DNA of 64,000 bases, from assembly GCA_963701015.1 (NCBI GenBank), contig OY969556.1, positions 650,411 to 714,410 on the forward strand, read 5' to 3'. Shown piece by piece: positions 9,659 through 18,712 of this stretch. The DNA comes from an uncultured Bacteroidota bacterium. GTDB lineage: Bacteria; Bacteroidota; Bacteroidia; Bacteroidales; DTGW01. Each line of letters begins with the position of its first letter. The first letter of the stretch is position 1. Below the pieces are notes generated by a model that had not been told where the DNA came from, searched no databases, and was given only the letters and a program-made list of their open reading frames with translations. The translations under genes were made by a program, and so were the position numbers.

Positions 9659-12088
9659 TTATTGTTGAATTCCCTTTTTTGAGTCACTTTCAGTATCTAA
9701 AGAATGGCTGACTTTTTTCACAGCTTTACCTCGGTTAAATTTGTAGGAATAAGTAAGCTGAATAAAATACCTGGCATCAAAACTGGCTTTAGATTGTGTT
9801 GTATATAATGTTGGAACAATCCCGTTTTGTGGAGGAAGATTACTTTTTGGAGCTAAATTGGTGTTATTTACTGTCAAATTTGATATTCCCGGCAATAACC
9901 AAAATATTCCAAAGGTTTGGTTACCTAGTTCTTTCCGGATTCCTGATCCATAAAAGAAAGGACCGACGGAAGAACCTTGCGCATTGGTGTTTTTTCCCTG
10001 ATAATTACCAAATGCAAAAATACTCATTTTCCAGGGTAGTGGTGCATATGCCCAGCCCGAAATACTGTATGACGCATAATTTGTAGCTGGGATGAAGGTT
10101 GTTCCATTTCTGTATTCATCAAAGTATCCTTTAAAATATTTGTAATTTATGTTGATGAAATATATCAAGGCATTCAGACCAATTCCATGTTCCTCACCTT
10201 TAAGCAGATTATTTGCAGTGGCTAATGATGTGGTATGATTAACCAAAGAAGAAAATTCAAATGAATTGGTATTATCGATTTTATGATTATACATATCGTA
10301 ATATATATAGGGCGAAATATAGCTTTTTTGAATATTAAGCGTGTAAATTAATTCAAGCCTGTCGCGAAATTCTGGCCTTAACATTGGATTTCCTATATTA
10401 ATATTATCGGTACTATTAACAATTGGAACAGGCGAGAGCTGAGATAACGAAGGCCTGTTTATACGCCTGTTATACGTCAGTTTTACATTTTGTTTCGACG
10501 AAAATTTATACATAATGTTTGCCGATGGTAGAAATGTTGCATAATTTAATGAACTTGAGGTATCATCTTTTGTATTAATATTACTGTGTTCAACCCTTAA
10601 TGTAGTTTGAAAACTCAATTTATCAAAACTTGTTGTAATTCCTGCATAAATTGATTGGCGCCATTCTGTATAATTGTAAATATTTAATAATGACGTATCT
10701 AATAAATTTTGCTTATAGGTTGCGCTATATCCCATTTTTTGGTAATATAACTGAACACCGGTTTCAATTTTTGTATCCATACCTAAAGGTTGAACATAGT
10801 CTGCTTTTAAGTTAACAGAATTTCTATTGCTGTTATTTTTCTCATCCCTGTTTAAATTATTTAACAGCAGATCATTGATAGTTGAGGTACTTTTATTGGT
10901 GGTAAATCCATCAACCTCTGAAAAATTATAAAAAGTGCCTTCAAAAGTAAATTCTTGAATAGGCCTAATAAATTGTTGACGATAAAATACCGATGAATTT
11001 AACTCACCACTATTGACAGTGTTTTTTGTATCAAAAGCCTGGATTAACCTTGGATTTTCCTGAAGTGCTATAGCGCTTGTCTGGTCCAAACTTATTATAT
11101 TTTGCAATGGTTTATAACTTGTGTTGAAACTAAATGTATGATATTTGTCAATATAATAATCAACCCCGCCATTCACTGAACCAACAAGAAATTTATATTT
11201 ACCTGTGCCAGTACTGTTTATGGCAGAATCGATTGGCTGCATGCTTGCATTATAATTATACTGACTATTATTGTTATACTTAATATTTAAATCGTTATAC
11301 CAGGTATAACCTGAAATATAAACTGTTGCCTTTCCTAAGGCATAATCCAATGAGCCATTTAAATTCCCTGAAGTTTGAGCACGTGGCCTTGCACCTGCAT
11401 TTATATTGCCACTTACTCCATAACGAGCTTCCTGTTTTAATTTTATATTTAAAACACCATCAATATTCCCTTCATATTTCCCGGAAGGATTTGTTATAAC
11501 TTCAATTGATTCAATATCCGATGGCAATAAACGGGCTAAATATTCTTTATCCCGGGTTTTACCATCAACCTGTATAATAAAGTTACTGCTTCCGTTTAAT
11601 GTTATATTATCATTATAATCAACCTGAATGGAAGGCACTTTTTTCAGCAGATCGTAGGCATTAGGCGATTCTTTTGACACTTCATATGGAATTGAATATA
11701 CAGTGCGGTCGACCAATTCTTTACCTTCAATTTTACGGCCAGTCACAACTGCTTCACCAATTTGTTTTGAAGTTTCACTTAGAAATATTGTATCTAAATT
11801 AATTAATTTGTCTGATGATCTCACTTGTATTTCTTTTCCTGAAGGCGAATAACCAACATATAATGCCTTCAAATAATAATTCCCGGGTTTTATATTGTCA
11901 AAACTAAATTTACCACTATTTTGTGTAGTTGCGCCTTTTGCAACAGATGAATCAGGTAAATTGTATAAAGCAACTGTAGCAAAATCAATTGCTGATTTTT
12001 CTTTTTCAGATGCAATAACTCCTTTTATTGTTTGTGCTTTTATGGTTAAAGGAATTAATAAAAAACAGATTAAAATATATTTGTTCAT
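9659..12088 (-). CDS. Outer-membrane beta-barrel protein with CarboxypepD_reg-like N-domain (TonB-dependent-receptor-like)
   Basis: Signal peptide, an N-terminal carboxypeptidase-regulatory-like fold (KGVI..D...A.V......G..T...G.F.F..I.PG.Y.L), a plug-like segment and a long beta-rich C-terminal part. Confidence 0.8.
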   Translation of the reverse strand: MNKYILICFLLIPLTIKAQTIKGVIASEKEKSAIDFATVALYNLPDSSVAKGATTQNSGKFSFDNIKPGNYYLKALYVGYSPSGKEIQVRSSDKLINLDTIFLSETSKQIGEAVVTGRKIEGKELVDRTVYSIPYEVSKESPNAYDLLKKVPSIQVDYNDNITLNGSSNFIIQVDGKTRDKEYLARLLPSDIESIEVITNPSGKYEGNIDGVLNIKLKQEARYGVSGNINAGARPRAQTSGNLNGSLDYALGKATVYISGYTWYNDLNIKYNNNSQYNYNASMQPIDSAINSTGTGKYKFLVGSVNGGVDYYIDKYHTFSFNTSYKPLQNIISLDQTSAIALQENPRLIQAFDTKNTVNSGELNSSVFYRQQFIRPIQEFTFEGTFYNFSEVDGFTTNKSTSTINDLLLNNLNRDEKNNSNRNSVNLKADYVQPLGMDTKIETGVQLYYQKMGYSATYKQNLLDTSLLNIYNYTEWRQSIYAGITTSFDKLSFQTTLRVEHSNINTKDDTSSSLNYATFLPSANIMYKFSSKQNVKLTYNRRINRPSLSQLSPVPIVNSTDNINIGNPMLRPEFRDRLELIYTLNIQKSYISPYIYYDMYNHKIDNTNSFEFSSLVNHTTSLATANNLLKGEEHGIGLNALIYFININYKYFKGYFDEYRNGTTFIPATNYASYSISGWAYAPLPWKMSIFAFGNYQGKNTNAQGSSVGPFFYGSGIRKELGNQTFGIFWLLPGISNLTVNNTNLAPKSNLPPQNGIVPTLYTTQSKASFDARYFIQLTYSYKFNRGKAVKKVSHSLDTESDSKKGIQQ

Positions 12089-12125
12089 TCGAGTATTTTT
12101 TATGTGAATAATAATTTTTATATTT

Positions 12126-12848
12126 TTAAAGTTGATCGTGAAAATTTAATTCAAGGTTGAAATATTTTTCAAGTTCAGTTAAAGCTGAACCATCATTTAG
12201 AAAATCGCGAACTATTTTTCCCTTTTCAAGGATTACAATTCGTTGACATAAATCAGATATATGGTTTAAATCGTGACTTGATATAATTATTGTAGCACCA
12301 GTGTTTTTGTTAATTTCTGAAAGAATCCTTTTCAATAATATTTGAGAGCTAGGATCAAGACCATTAAATGGTTCATCGAGCACTAATACTTCCGGAGATG
12401 TTATTAATGCTGAAACAATCCCGATTTTTTGTTTATTGCCTTTTGAGAAATCACGAATATACTTGTTCTTTTGGTCAAGAATTTCACCATTAAATAACTT
12501 TTCAAAATATTTCAATTTTGAGTCAACTTCAGTTTTCTTTATACCATAAGTTTCACCTATAAAATAAAAAAATTCTATAGGAGAAAGAAAATCAATCAAA
12601 AAACTTTCATCTAAAAATGAAATTGTATAATCTTTCCAAATTTCAGTTTTATCAACTGGTAATTGATTTGAAAGTATTTCACCTCTGTCGGCTTTTATTA
12701 AATCGAGCAAAAGCCTGAATAATGTAGTTTTTCCTGCACCATTGTTTCCAGCTAATCCAAATATTTCACCTTTATTAATTTCAAGGCTTTCAATATCCAG
12801 AACAATTTTTTGTCCGTAAGCTTTTCCAATATTTTTAATTTGTATCAT
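12126..12848 (-). CDS. ABC transporter ATP-binding protein
   Basis: Walker A GNNGAGKTT, signature FSKGNKQK and Walker B VLVLDEPFNGLD. Confidence 0.9.
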   Translation of the reverse strand: MIQIKNIGKAYGQKIVLDIESLEINKGEIFGLAGNNGAGKTTLFRLLLDLIKADRGEILSNQLPVDKTEIWKDYTISFLDESFLIDFLSPIEFFYFIGETYGIKKTEVDSKLKYFEKLFNGEILDQKNKYIRDFSKGNKQKIGIVSALITSPEVLVLDEPFNGLDPSSQILLKRILSEINKNTGATIIISSHDLNHISDLCQRIVILEKGKIVRDFLNDGSALTELEKYFNLELNFHDQL

Positions 12849-12851
12849 AAT

Positions 12852-14342
12852 TTAAGCATTTAATTTTCTAAATCCTTCAAGATTTCTATATTTTCGTTTG
12901 TAAAGCTGAGGTTTAATTATCTGGGCAATCCACCATCGATGCAATATAAAAAACAATAACCCCGGAATTAACAAGGCAAGTAAAGCGCCCCAATATCCCG
13001 ATAAATAATTGAATAATGCGTATATCGCTAATGGCAATAACATAAAGACAAATGAAGTTATAAATTGTGTCCCTCTTATTCCCTGGTAATTAAACATTTG
13101 TTTTTTAGACAAATCAATACGCGCATCGTTAAAAGTTCCAATATATAAAATTACAAAAGGGACTACACCCAGGTTAAATAACAATAATGCAACCAGCAAC
13201 ATTGGATCGACCAATTTTAGGTGTATAAATACAATAGAAAGAGGAACTGCCGTAATAACAGAAAGAAGAATAAGGATACAATATTTGGCGAACAAATATT
13301 TTTCAATTATTAATTTCCGGGCCATTATGCCATCATAATATGTGCTTTCCCAGCTGAATAAAAATTGACCATATATAAGCTGACCAAAACCTAAGAGAAT
13401 AGCTGATATAAATATCGTATTAAATGGTCCGCCTAAATGCTTATCACGTGTGAAAATAAAAATAAGATATATAATTATAATTGGCAACATCATTAAAGCC
13501 TGACGCGGACGCCTATTTCTGAGTAGTAATTGAACTTCGAGCAATATATATCTGCCAGTATCGCCAAAACGACTTAGTAAATTGAATCCACGAAGAGCTG
13601 GATAGTCTGATTTCTGCTTCTGTTTTAAAGAGCCATCAAGATAAAAATTATTCACTAATAACCTATTTATAAGAAAATATAATAAGGCTATTATTAGAAT
13701 TGTAAATATTATGAATAATAAATTCCCTGACAATATACTATTAAATAATTTGGAAGATAGTGCATTTATTGAAAAATTTAGTTTTATACTTACAAAAACT
13801 GCAATGGCTAAAACAAATGGAATGCTTGATATAAATGAATATTTTTGTGAAATAAACTGTTCATATAATGCTAACAAATTATTCATTACTATTATACAAA
13901 AAACTGTTGTTATATATAAAATTATTACTAAAACACTTGTATGTAATATTAAAACCTGGAAAGTAAAAGGAATAATTATTAGCCAGGGTAAAATATTAAA
14001 AATATTACCAAAACTTTTCAATATAAAATACCTGATTATACTTTGTTTTCTTAGTTTTAACCTAAGATATGGAACAATATCCAATGTCGGTTGCGATTGA
14101 AAAAAACATCGAACTATTAGGTCAGCTAAAAAATACCAAAGTATTATTCCATTAAATTTATTTACAATATTTCCTCCAGTTTTTGACAATATACTTTCAA
14201 TATGGGAGCCAATATAAATAAATATACTAATGAAATAGATTGCCAGAAATGCCATCATTATTTTGGCGAAAATTCCTCTTCTCCAGGCTCCGTTACGGAC
14301 AAAAGATTTCCATGAATGAAAGAATATTGATGAGATTTTCAT
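12852..14342 (-). CDS. Polytopic inner-membrane protein, probable permease partner of the adjacent ABC ATPase (DUF5687-like by recollection)
   Basis: About 12 hydrophobic helices. Its stop lies 3 nt before the ATPase start. Confidence 0.65.
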   Translation of the reverse strand: MKISSIFFHSWKSFVRNGAWRRGIFAKIMMAFLAIYFISIFIYIGSHIESILSKTGGNIVNKFNGIILWYFLADLIVRCFFQSQPTLDIVPYLRLKLRKQSIIRYFILKSFGNIFNILPWLIIIPFTFQVLILHTSVLVIILYITTVFCIIVMNNLLALYEQFISQKYSFISSIPFVLAIAVFVSIKLNFSINALSSKLFNSILSGNLLFIIFTILIIALLYFLINRLLVNNFYLDGSLKQKQKSDYPALRGFNLLSRFGDTGRYILLEVQLLLRNRRPRQALMMLPIIIIYLIFIFTRDKHLGGPFNTIFISAILLGFGQLIYGQFLFSWESTYYDGIMARKLIIEKYLFAKYCILILLSVITAVPLSIVFIHLKLVDPMLLVALLLFNLGVVPFVILYIGTFNDARIDLSKKQMFNYQGIRGTQFITSFVFMLLPLAIYALFNYLSGYWGALLALLIPGLLFFILHRWWIAQIIKPQLYKRKYRNLEGFRKLNA

Positions 14343-14431
14343 TGTATTAATTAATTATTTATCTAAAAATCATATTACTACATCTTTCAAATGAAACAAT
14401 TCAAAGATGTATTCGGATATATTTTTGGAAT

Positions 14432-15349
14432 TTATTTTATTGCTTCAATTTCAATTGTCGATTCAATATTCATAGGCATTGGATTTCCTTGTATTGTCAT
14501 GCTACCTTCCATTTTTTGTTTTATTTTTCCATTAATTACCAAACCTGTATTTAAATCAACCGACATTTCAGAAGTTCCCATTCCTCGTAAATCAAATGGA
14601 GCCTGTTGTCCGCCCATATTCATTACCGCATTTTCCGGTGATTCAATTAACACATCGCCTGAAATATTAGCCTGATTATTTTCAATATTTTTGCATTTGA
14701 ATTTTGTGGTTATTGTCAATTCCATGCCACTTGGTTTAATTGTATATTTCGATTCCCATTTATTGCCTGAATTTATTGGTTGATCGTTTAAATAACTCAT
14801 TGCTGATTCCACCATCATTTTTAAAACATCGAAACTTAATGCATTATCAACTGCACCTTTCATTTGAGGTTTCATAGTTTCAGGCAATGAGTCGAGTTGT
14901 TTAGAGACGCTGTCCATTATGGCATTTAAATTGCGTATATCAATGACTTTTCCGGTATAGCTTAATTTAACAATAAGCGGATTTTTCGAAAGTGTTGACC
15001 ATACATTACTCATTAAATTTTCAGGACTTTTTTTATCGCCAGGCTTGTTCGAATTTATTTTCATTGGCCTGTATGGATTATTAACATTTGATATAACACT
15101 GTCAAAAGTAACTTTAACAATCATATATTCCTTTTCCAAACTATCCGGCAAATAAGTAATTGCATTAAAACTATTAACATCGGTATTCATTTGCATTCCG
15201 TTAACTGTCATTACCATATTTTGTACGGTTGTTGAATTAATTTTATATTCTTTTCCTTTTTCTAGATTTAACCTTAGGTTAGTGGTTGCCTGAATATTTA
15301 AAATTGCAAAGCAAGTTGCTACAATTAGAGTTAAGCATGTTTTTTTCAT
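14432..15349 (-). CDS. Hypothetical secreted beta-rich protein
   Basis: Signal peptide (MKKTCLTLIVATCFAILNIQA) and no recognised catalytic motif. Confidence 0.55.
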   Translation of the reverse strand: MKKTCLTLIVATCFAILNIQATTNLRLNLEKGKEYKINSTTVQNMVMTVNGMQMNTDVNSFNAITYLPDSLEKEYMIVKVTFDSVISNVNNPYRPMKINSNKPGDKKSPENLMSNVWSTLSKNPLIVKLSYTGKVIDIRNLNAIMDSVSKQLDSLPETMKPQMKGAVDNALSFDVLKMMVESAMSYLNDQPINSGNKWESKYTIKPSGMELTITTKFKCKNIENNQANISGDVLIESPENAVMNMGGQQAPFDLRGMGTSEMSVDLNTGLVINGKIKQKMEGSMTIQGNPMPMNIESTIEIEAIK

Positions 15350-15480
15350 TTGTATAAGTTTTAATTGGTTTATAAATTGAAATTAATATAAACGTACAAA
15401 TAATATTATTTCATTCAAAATAATTATAGACGAATGGTATTTATTTTAGGATAAAACCATAATAATTATCGGTAAATATT

Positions 15481-16515
15481 TTATTTGTGCACTTCAATAA
15501 ATTTTATAAAATCATCTTGCGACATAATTCCTACCGGACCTTCATAAATTCCACCTAATCCTGCAAGATCTAATACACGTACTGCTATAGTATTGGTATC
15601 TTTTAAAATATTTCTATCAAATAAATAGTAATATCGGGTATCCCAGTCCGATGGATAATTTGGACCCGTTTTATAATTAATTTGCCCACCAATTTTTATT
15701 CCATTAATAAATATTTCGCCATAATCGTCGATTTTTCCAGCTATGTAAACACAATTCTGATTTTGTAAATTTTGGGGAATTGTAAATTTTTTTCTATACC
15801 ATGCATATCCGTCGTAATTGGGCAATCCTTCGCTTTCCCATGTTTTAGGGACTATGATATTTCGAAATGTAGAATCGTTAAATGATTCATTTTTCCATTG
15901 CATATTGTCTCCGGTTTTGAATTTCCAGTCACCAACGAGGTTAATAGTTGGTTTTAATACAATGAATAATTCATCATTAAAATTAATTACATTTTTATGA
16001 GGTGTAGCACTAACCGAAAGTGATCTTAAAGCTATTAGGTTTTTTCCTTTATTTAAATATTTTGTTGGAATATAATAGCAAACTGAACGGTTATAAATAA
16101 AGCCGCTATCAGCAACTTTTGTTCCATTAACATATAATTCAGCCTGCATATCGAAAATGCTTACCCTTAAATAAAAGGTATCATTTGGCAAAACTGTATT
16201 TAAAATAAAGTGTTTGCGCAACCATGTTTTACTTTTAGCATTTTTTAAAATAGAGACATATACCAATCTATCAGTTCCCCATTTTTCATCATTATATTCT
16301 GGAGATGCAAACTTAATATTGTCTTCAGCTTTATAATACCAAATATTATCTAAATTTAAAATTTGATGTTCAACCAATAAATCAGCATTTGCAGCTGATG
16401 CAATTTGATAATATAAAAGTTTATTTTTAACAATATATACTTTTGCTGTTATCACAATTATTATTAGTATAATAACTGCCGAAATCACTAATTTTAAACT
16501 CTTTTTAAGTTTCAT
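15481..16515 (-). CDS. Membrane-anchored protein with two tandem GH2-N-like (galactose-binding-like) jelly-roll domains and no catalytic domain
   Basis: N-terminal TM anchor plus an internal duplication: IWYYKAEDN..YNDEKW..WLRKHF..ELYVNGTKV versus DWKFKTGDN..FNDSTF..AWYRKKF..EIFINGIKI. Confidence 0.55.
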   Translation of the reverse strand: MKLKKSLKLVISAVIILIIIVITAKVYIVKNKLLYYQIASAANADLLVEHQILNLDNIWYYKAEDNIKFASPEYNDEKWGTDRLVYVSILKNAKSKTWLRKHFILNTVLPNDTFYLRVSIFDMQAELYVNGTKVADSGFIYNRSVCYYIPTKYLNKGKNLIALRSLSVSATPHKNVINFNDELFIVLKPTINLVGDWKFKTGDNMQWKNESFNDSTFRNIIVPKTWESEGLPNYDGYAWYRKKFTIPQNLQNQNCVYIAGKIDDYGEIFINGIKIGGQINYKTGPNYPSDWDTRYYYLFDRNILKDTNTIAVRVLDLAGLGGIYEGPVGIMSQDDFIKFIEVHK

Positions 16516-16534
16516 TATCTCAGGTTTTAATCTT

Positions 16535-16903
16535 TTATGAATTAGTTTTCAGAAAGTCTTCATACATTTTTTTTACTTCATCGGGAGTTATATGAAGCAA
16601 TGAAATACTTCGAAATAATGCTGGTAATTCTACTTTTAAAAATTCATCTTTCATATTTGCAAATACTTTACCATATGCATTGTCAGAAAGATAATATCCC
16701 GTTCCTCGTTTTAAATTAATTATATCCATATTTTCAAGCAATTGATAGGTTCTCATTACTGTATTTGGGTTTACTTCCAGAGATATTGAAAGCTCTCGGA
16801 CAGCTGGAATTCGTTCAGAAGGTTTCCAGTCCCCTGAAAGGACTTTTTCATAAACCAATGATGCAATTTGCATATATATAGCTTTGTTTTCGTTGAAATT
16901 CAT
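16535..16903 (-). CDS. GntR-family transcriptional regulator, YtrA subfamily
   Basis: Winged-HTH IPAVRELSISLEVNPNTVMRTYQLLE with a short C-terminal domain typical of YtrA (122 aa in total). Confidence 0.85.
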   Translation of the reverse strand: MNFNENKAIYMQIASLVYEKVLSGDWKPSERIPAVRELSISLEVNPNTVMRTYQLLENMDIINLKRGTGYYLSDNAYGKVFANMKDEFLKVELPALFRSISLLHITPDEVKKMYEDFLKTNS

Positions 16904-16904
16904 A

Positions 16905-17714
16905 CTACACCTCCATTTCCTTTAATCGTAAATACACTATATACCATGAAAATGGCACTATTATAAATATTAATATTTTATACAATATTGATAATACTGG
17001 AATATATTCCCTGAGTCTGGAGAATTTATATACATCTGAAGTTAAAACATTATATAAATTGGAGAAAAAATCCTTGTCAATTTGACCATTGGCAAAAACC
17101 TTGCTAATTAGAATATACAATAAAAATAGGATTACTATTGTAAAAGCGGTTTTAAATATTCCAAGTTTCTTATAGAATGAACCAATCATAAGTAAAATTG
17201 ACTGTATAGTAATATAAAAATATAGGTGCGACAAAAAATTTCCAGTTCCATCAACATTAAATGGATTGAAATCAAATGATTTTACATAACCACTAAATGA
17301 CATAAACATTGATATTGCATAAGATATAACGGTGAATACCAATGTATTTGATAATAATATTAATGGTATACCAATAATAATTAATACAACCGCTCTGGTT
17401 AATGATGATGCCGGTATAGTAAGTAAATGCATTCGCATACTTGGTCTTGAAAATATTGCAAATGATGAAGTGGTTATTACAATTCCCCCAATATTCATAA
17501 ACATCCAAAACGAACCATCTAAAAACATTTTCGTTGTTTCAGGTGAATATTTTGAATATATTAAAGAAGTGCCTCCAATGGACAGAAATATACCAATTCC
17601 AATAAAAATGAAAAATGAAATATATGACCTTAAACCTACAAAGAAGTATAATCCGAAATGTTTAAAATTTGCTACTATTTTTTCCATACGATTTTTAGAT
17701 TTGAATTTTACCAA
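16905..17714 (-). CDS. Membrane protein, probable ABC-2-like permease of the YtrA-type operon
   Basis: About 6 TM helices. It overlaps the upstream ATPase by 20 nt and ends 1 nt before the GntR start. Confidence 0.65.
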   Translation of the reverse strand: MVKFKSKNRMEKIVANFKHFGLYFFVGLRSYISFFIFIGIGIFLSIGGTSLIYSKYSPETTKMFLDGSFWMFMNIGGIVITTSSFAIFSRPSMRMHLLTIPASSLTRAVVLIIIGIPLILLSNTLVFTVISYAISMFMSFSGYVKSFDFNPFNVDGTGNFLSHLYFYITIQSILLMIGSFYKKLGIFKTAFTIVILFLLYILISKVFANGQIDKDFFSNLYNVLTSDVYKFSRLREYIPVLSILYKILIFIIVPFSWYIVYLRLKEMEV

Positions 17715-18513
17715 TTACCAAAGCATTAAATAATAATTCCAAATCGACACTGGTTTCTACCAATGATTGGTTTGGGATTATAGCTTTAATTCCATCAATA
17801 TGTTCTTCAAAATATAAAACATTTTCTTTCGATTGATTTCTTGGTAATACAACAAAGGCATAATTTTTTGCCAAATCATATACCGACCGATTCAGGATTA
17901 TTTTACCTTTCTCAACAAGCAAAATATTATCAATAAGCATATTTAGGTCGCGAACCTGGTGAGTGGAAATAATAAAGCAACGATCATCATTTAAAGCCGA
18001 AGCTGCTAATTTGCGAAATATACTTTTTGATGGAATATCTAAACCATTTGTAGGTTCATCAAACAAGACAAGTCTGGCTCCTGTAGCCATTGCGAATGCC
18101 AAAATAAATTTTTTCTTTTGGCCAAATGAAACCCTACCCAGATGCATGGATAAACTTATTTCAAAATCGTCTAGGTATTTTAAAAGGTTTTCAAGACTAA
18201 ATTTTGGATAAAAACCTGCATATTGCCTGATAAAATTTTTTGCCGATATTGAAGGAAAATACAATTCTTCAGGAACAAAATAAATTTGTTCAAGAAAAGT
18301 TGTTTCGCGATCAAAGGCGTTATAGTTTATAACATTGCATAAACCCGAGTTGGTTTGCCGCAAACCTGCTATTAACTTAAGCAAAGTGGTTTTTCCGGCA
18401 CCATTTTTTCCAAGTAAACCATGAATACTTCCAGCTTTTGCCTCAAAGTTTAAATTGCTGAAAAGCGTTGATTTACCTGAGTATCCAAATGTAATATTTT
18501 CCAGTTTTACCAT
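17695..18513 (-). CDS. ABC transporter ATP-binding protein (YtrB-like)
   Basis: Walker A GKNGAGKTT, signature VSFGQKKK and Walker B LVLFDEPTNGLD. Confidence 0.9.
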   Translation of the reverse strand: MVKLENITFGYSGKSTLFSNLNFEAKAGSIHGLLGKNGAGKTTLLKLIAGLRQTNSGLCNVINYNAFDRETTFLEQIYFVPEELYFPSISAKNFIRQYAGFYPKFSLENLLKYLDDFEISLSMHLGRVSFGQKKKFILAFAMATGARLVLFDEPTNGLDIPSKSIFRKLAASALNDDRCFIISTHQVRDLNMLIDNILLVEKGKIILNRSVYDLAKNYAFVVLPRNQSKENVLYFEEHIDGIKAIIPNQSLVETSVDLELLFNALVIGKIQI

Positions 18514-18516
18514 ATT

Positions 18517-18540
18517 AGTGTATTATTGTATTAATACACT
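18517..18540. promoter_or_regulatory. Inverted repeat AGTGTA-N12-TACACT (extended arms AGTGTATTA/TAATACACT), candidate operator of the YtrA-type repressor
   Basis: A perfect 9-bp inverted repeat read directly. It contains the GntR-style core GTATTAATAC and lies between the -7 box and the ATG of the operon. Confidence 0.55.
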
Positions 18541-18541
18541 A

Positions 18542-18549
18542 CAAATGTA
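18542..18549 (-). promoter_or_regulatory. Bacteroidota-type -7 promoter box TAnnTTTG (TACATTTG)
   Basis: Exact motif match 29 nt upstream of the ATG at 18513. Confidence 0.45.
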
Positions 18550-18712
18550 AATACTTATTTTGAATTAAAAAATATTTTGATACTTTTTTTGTAAAATATT
18601 TGGAGTAATAAAAATTGAATTTAATTTTTTCTTTAAGGGGTAAAGTTAATTTTCCAGTGAAATTTTAAGTATTATTGCAATTAACGAGTAAGAATTAATA
18701 ATAATTATAAAA

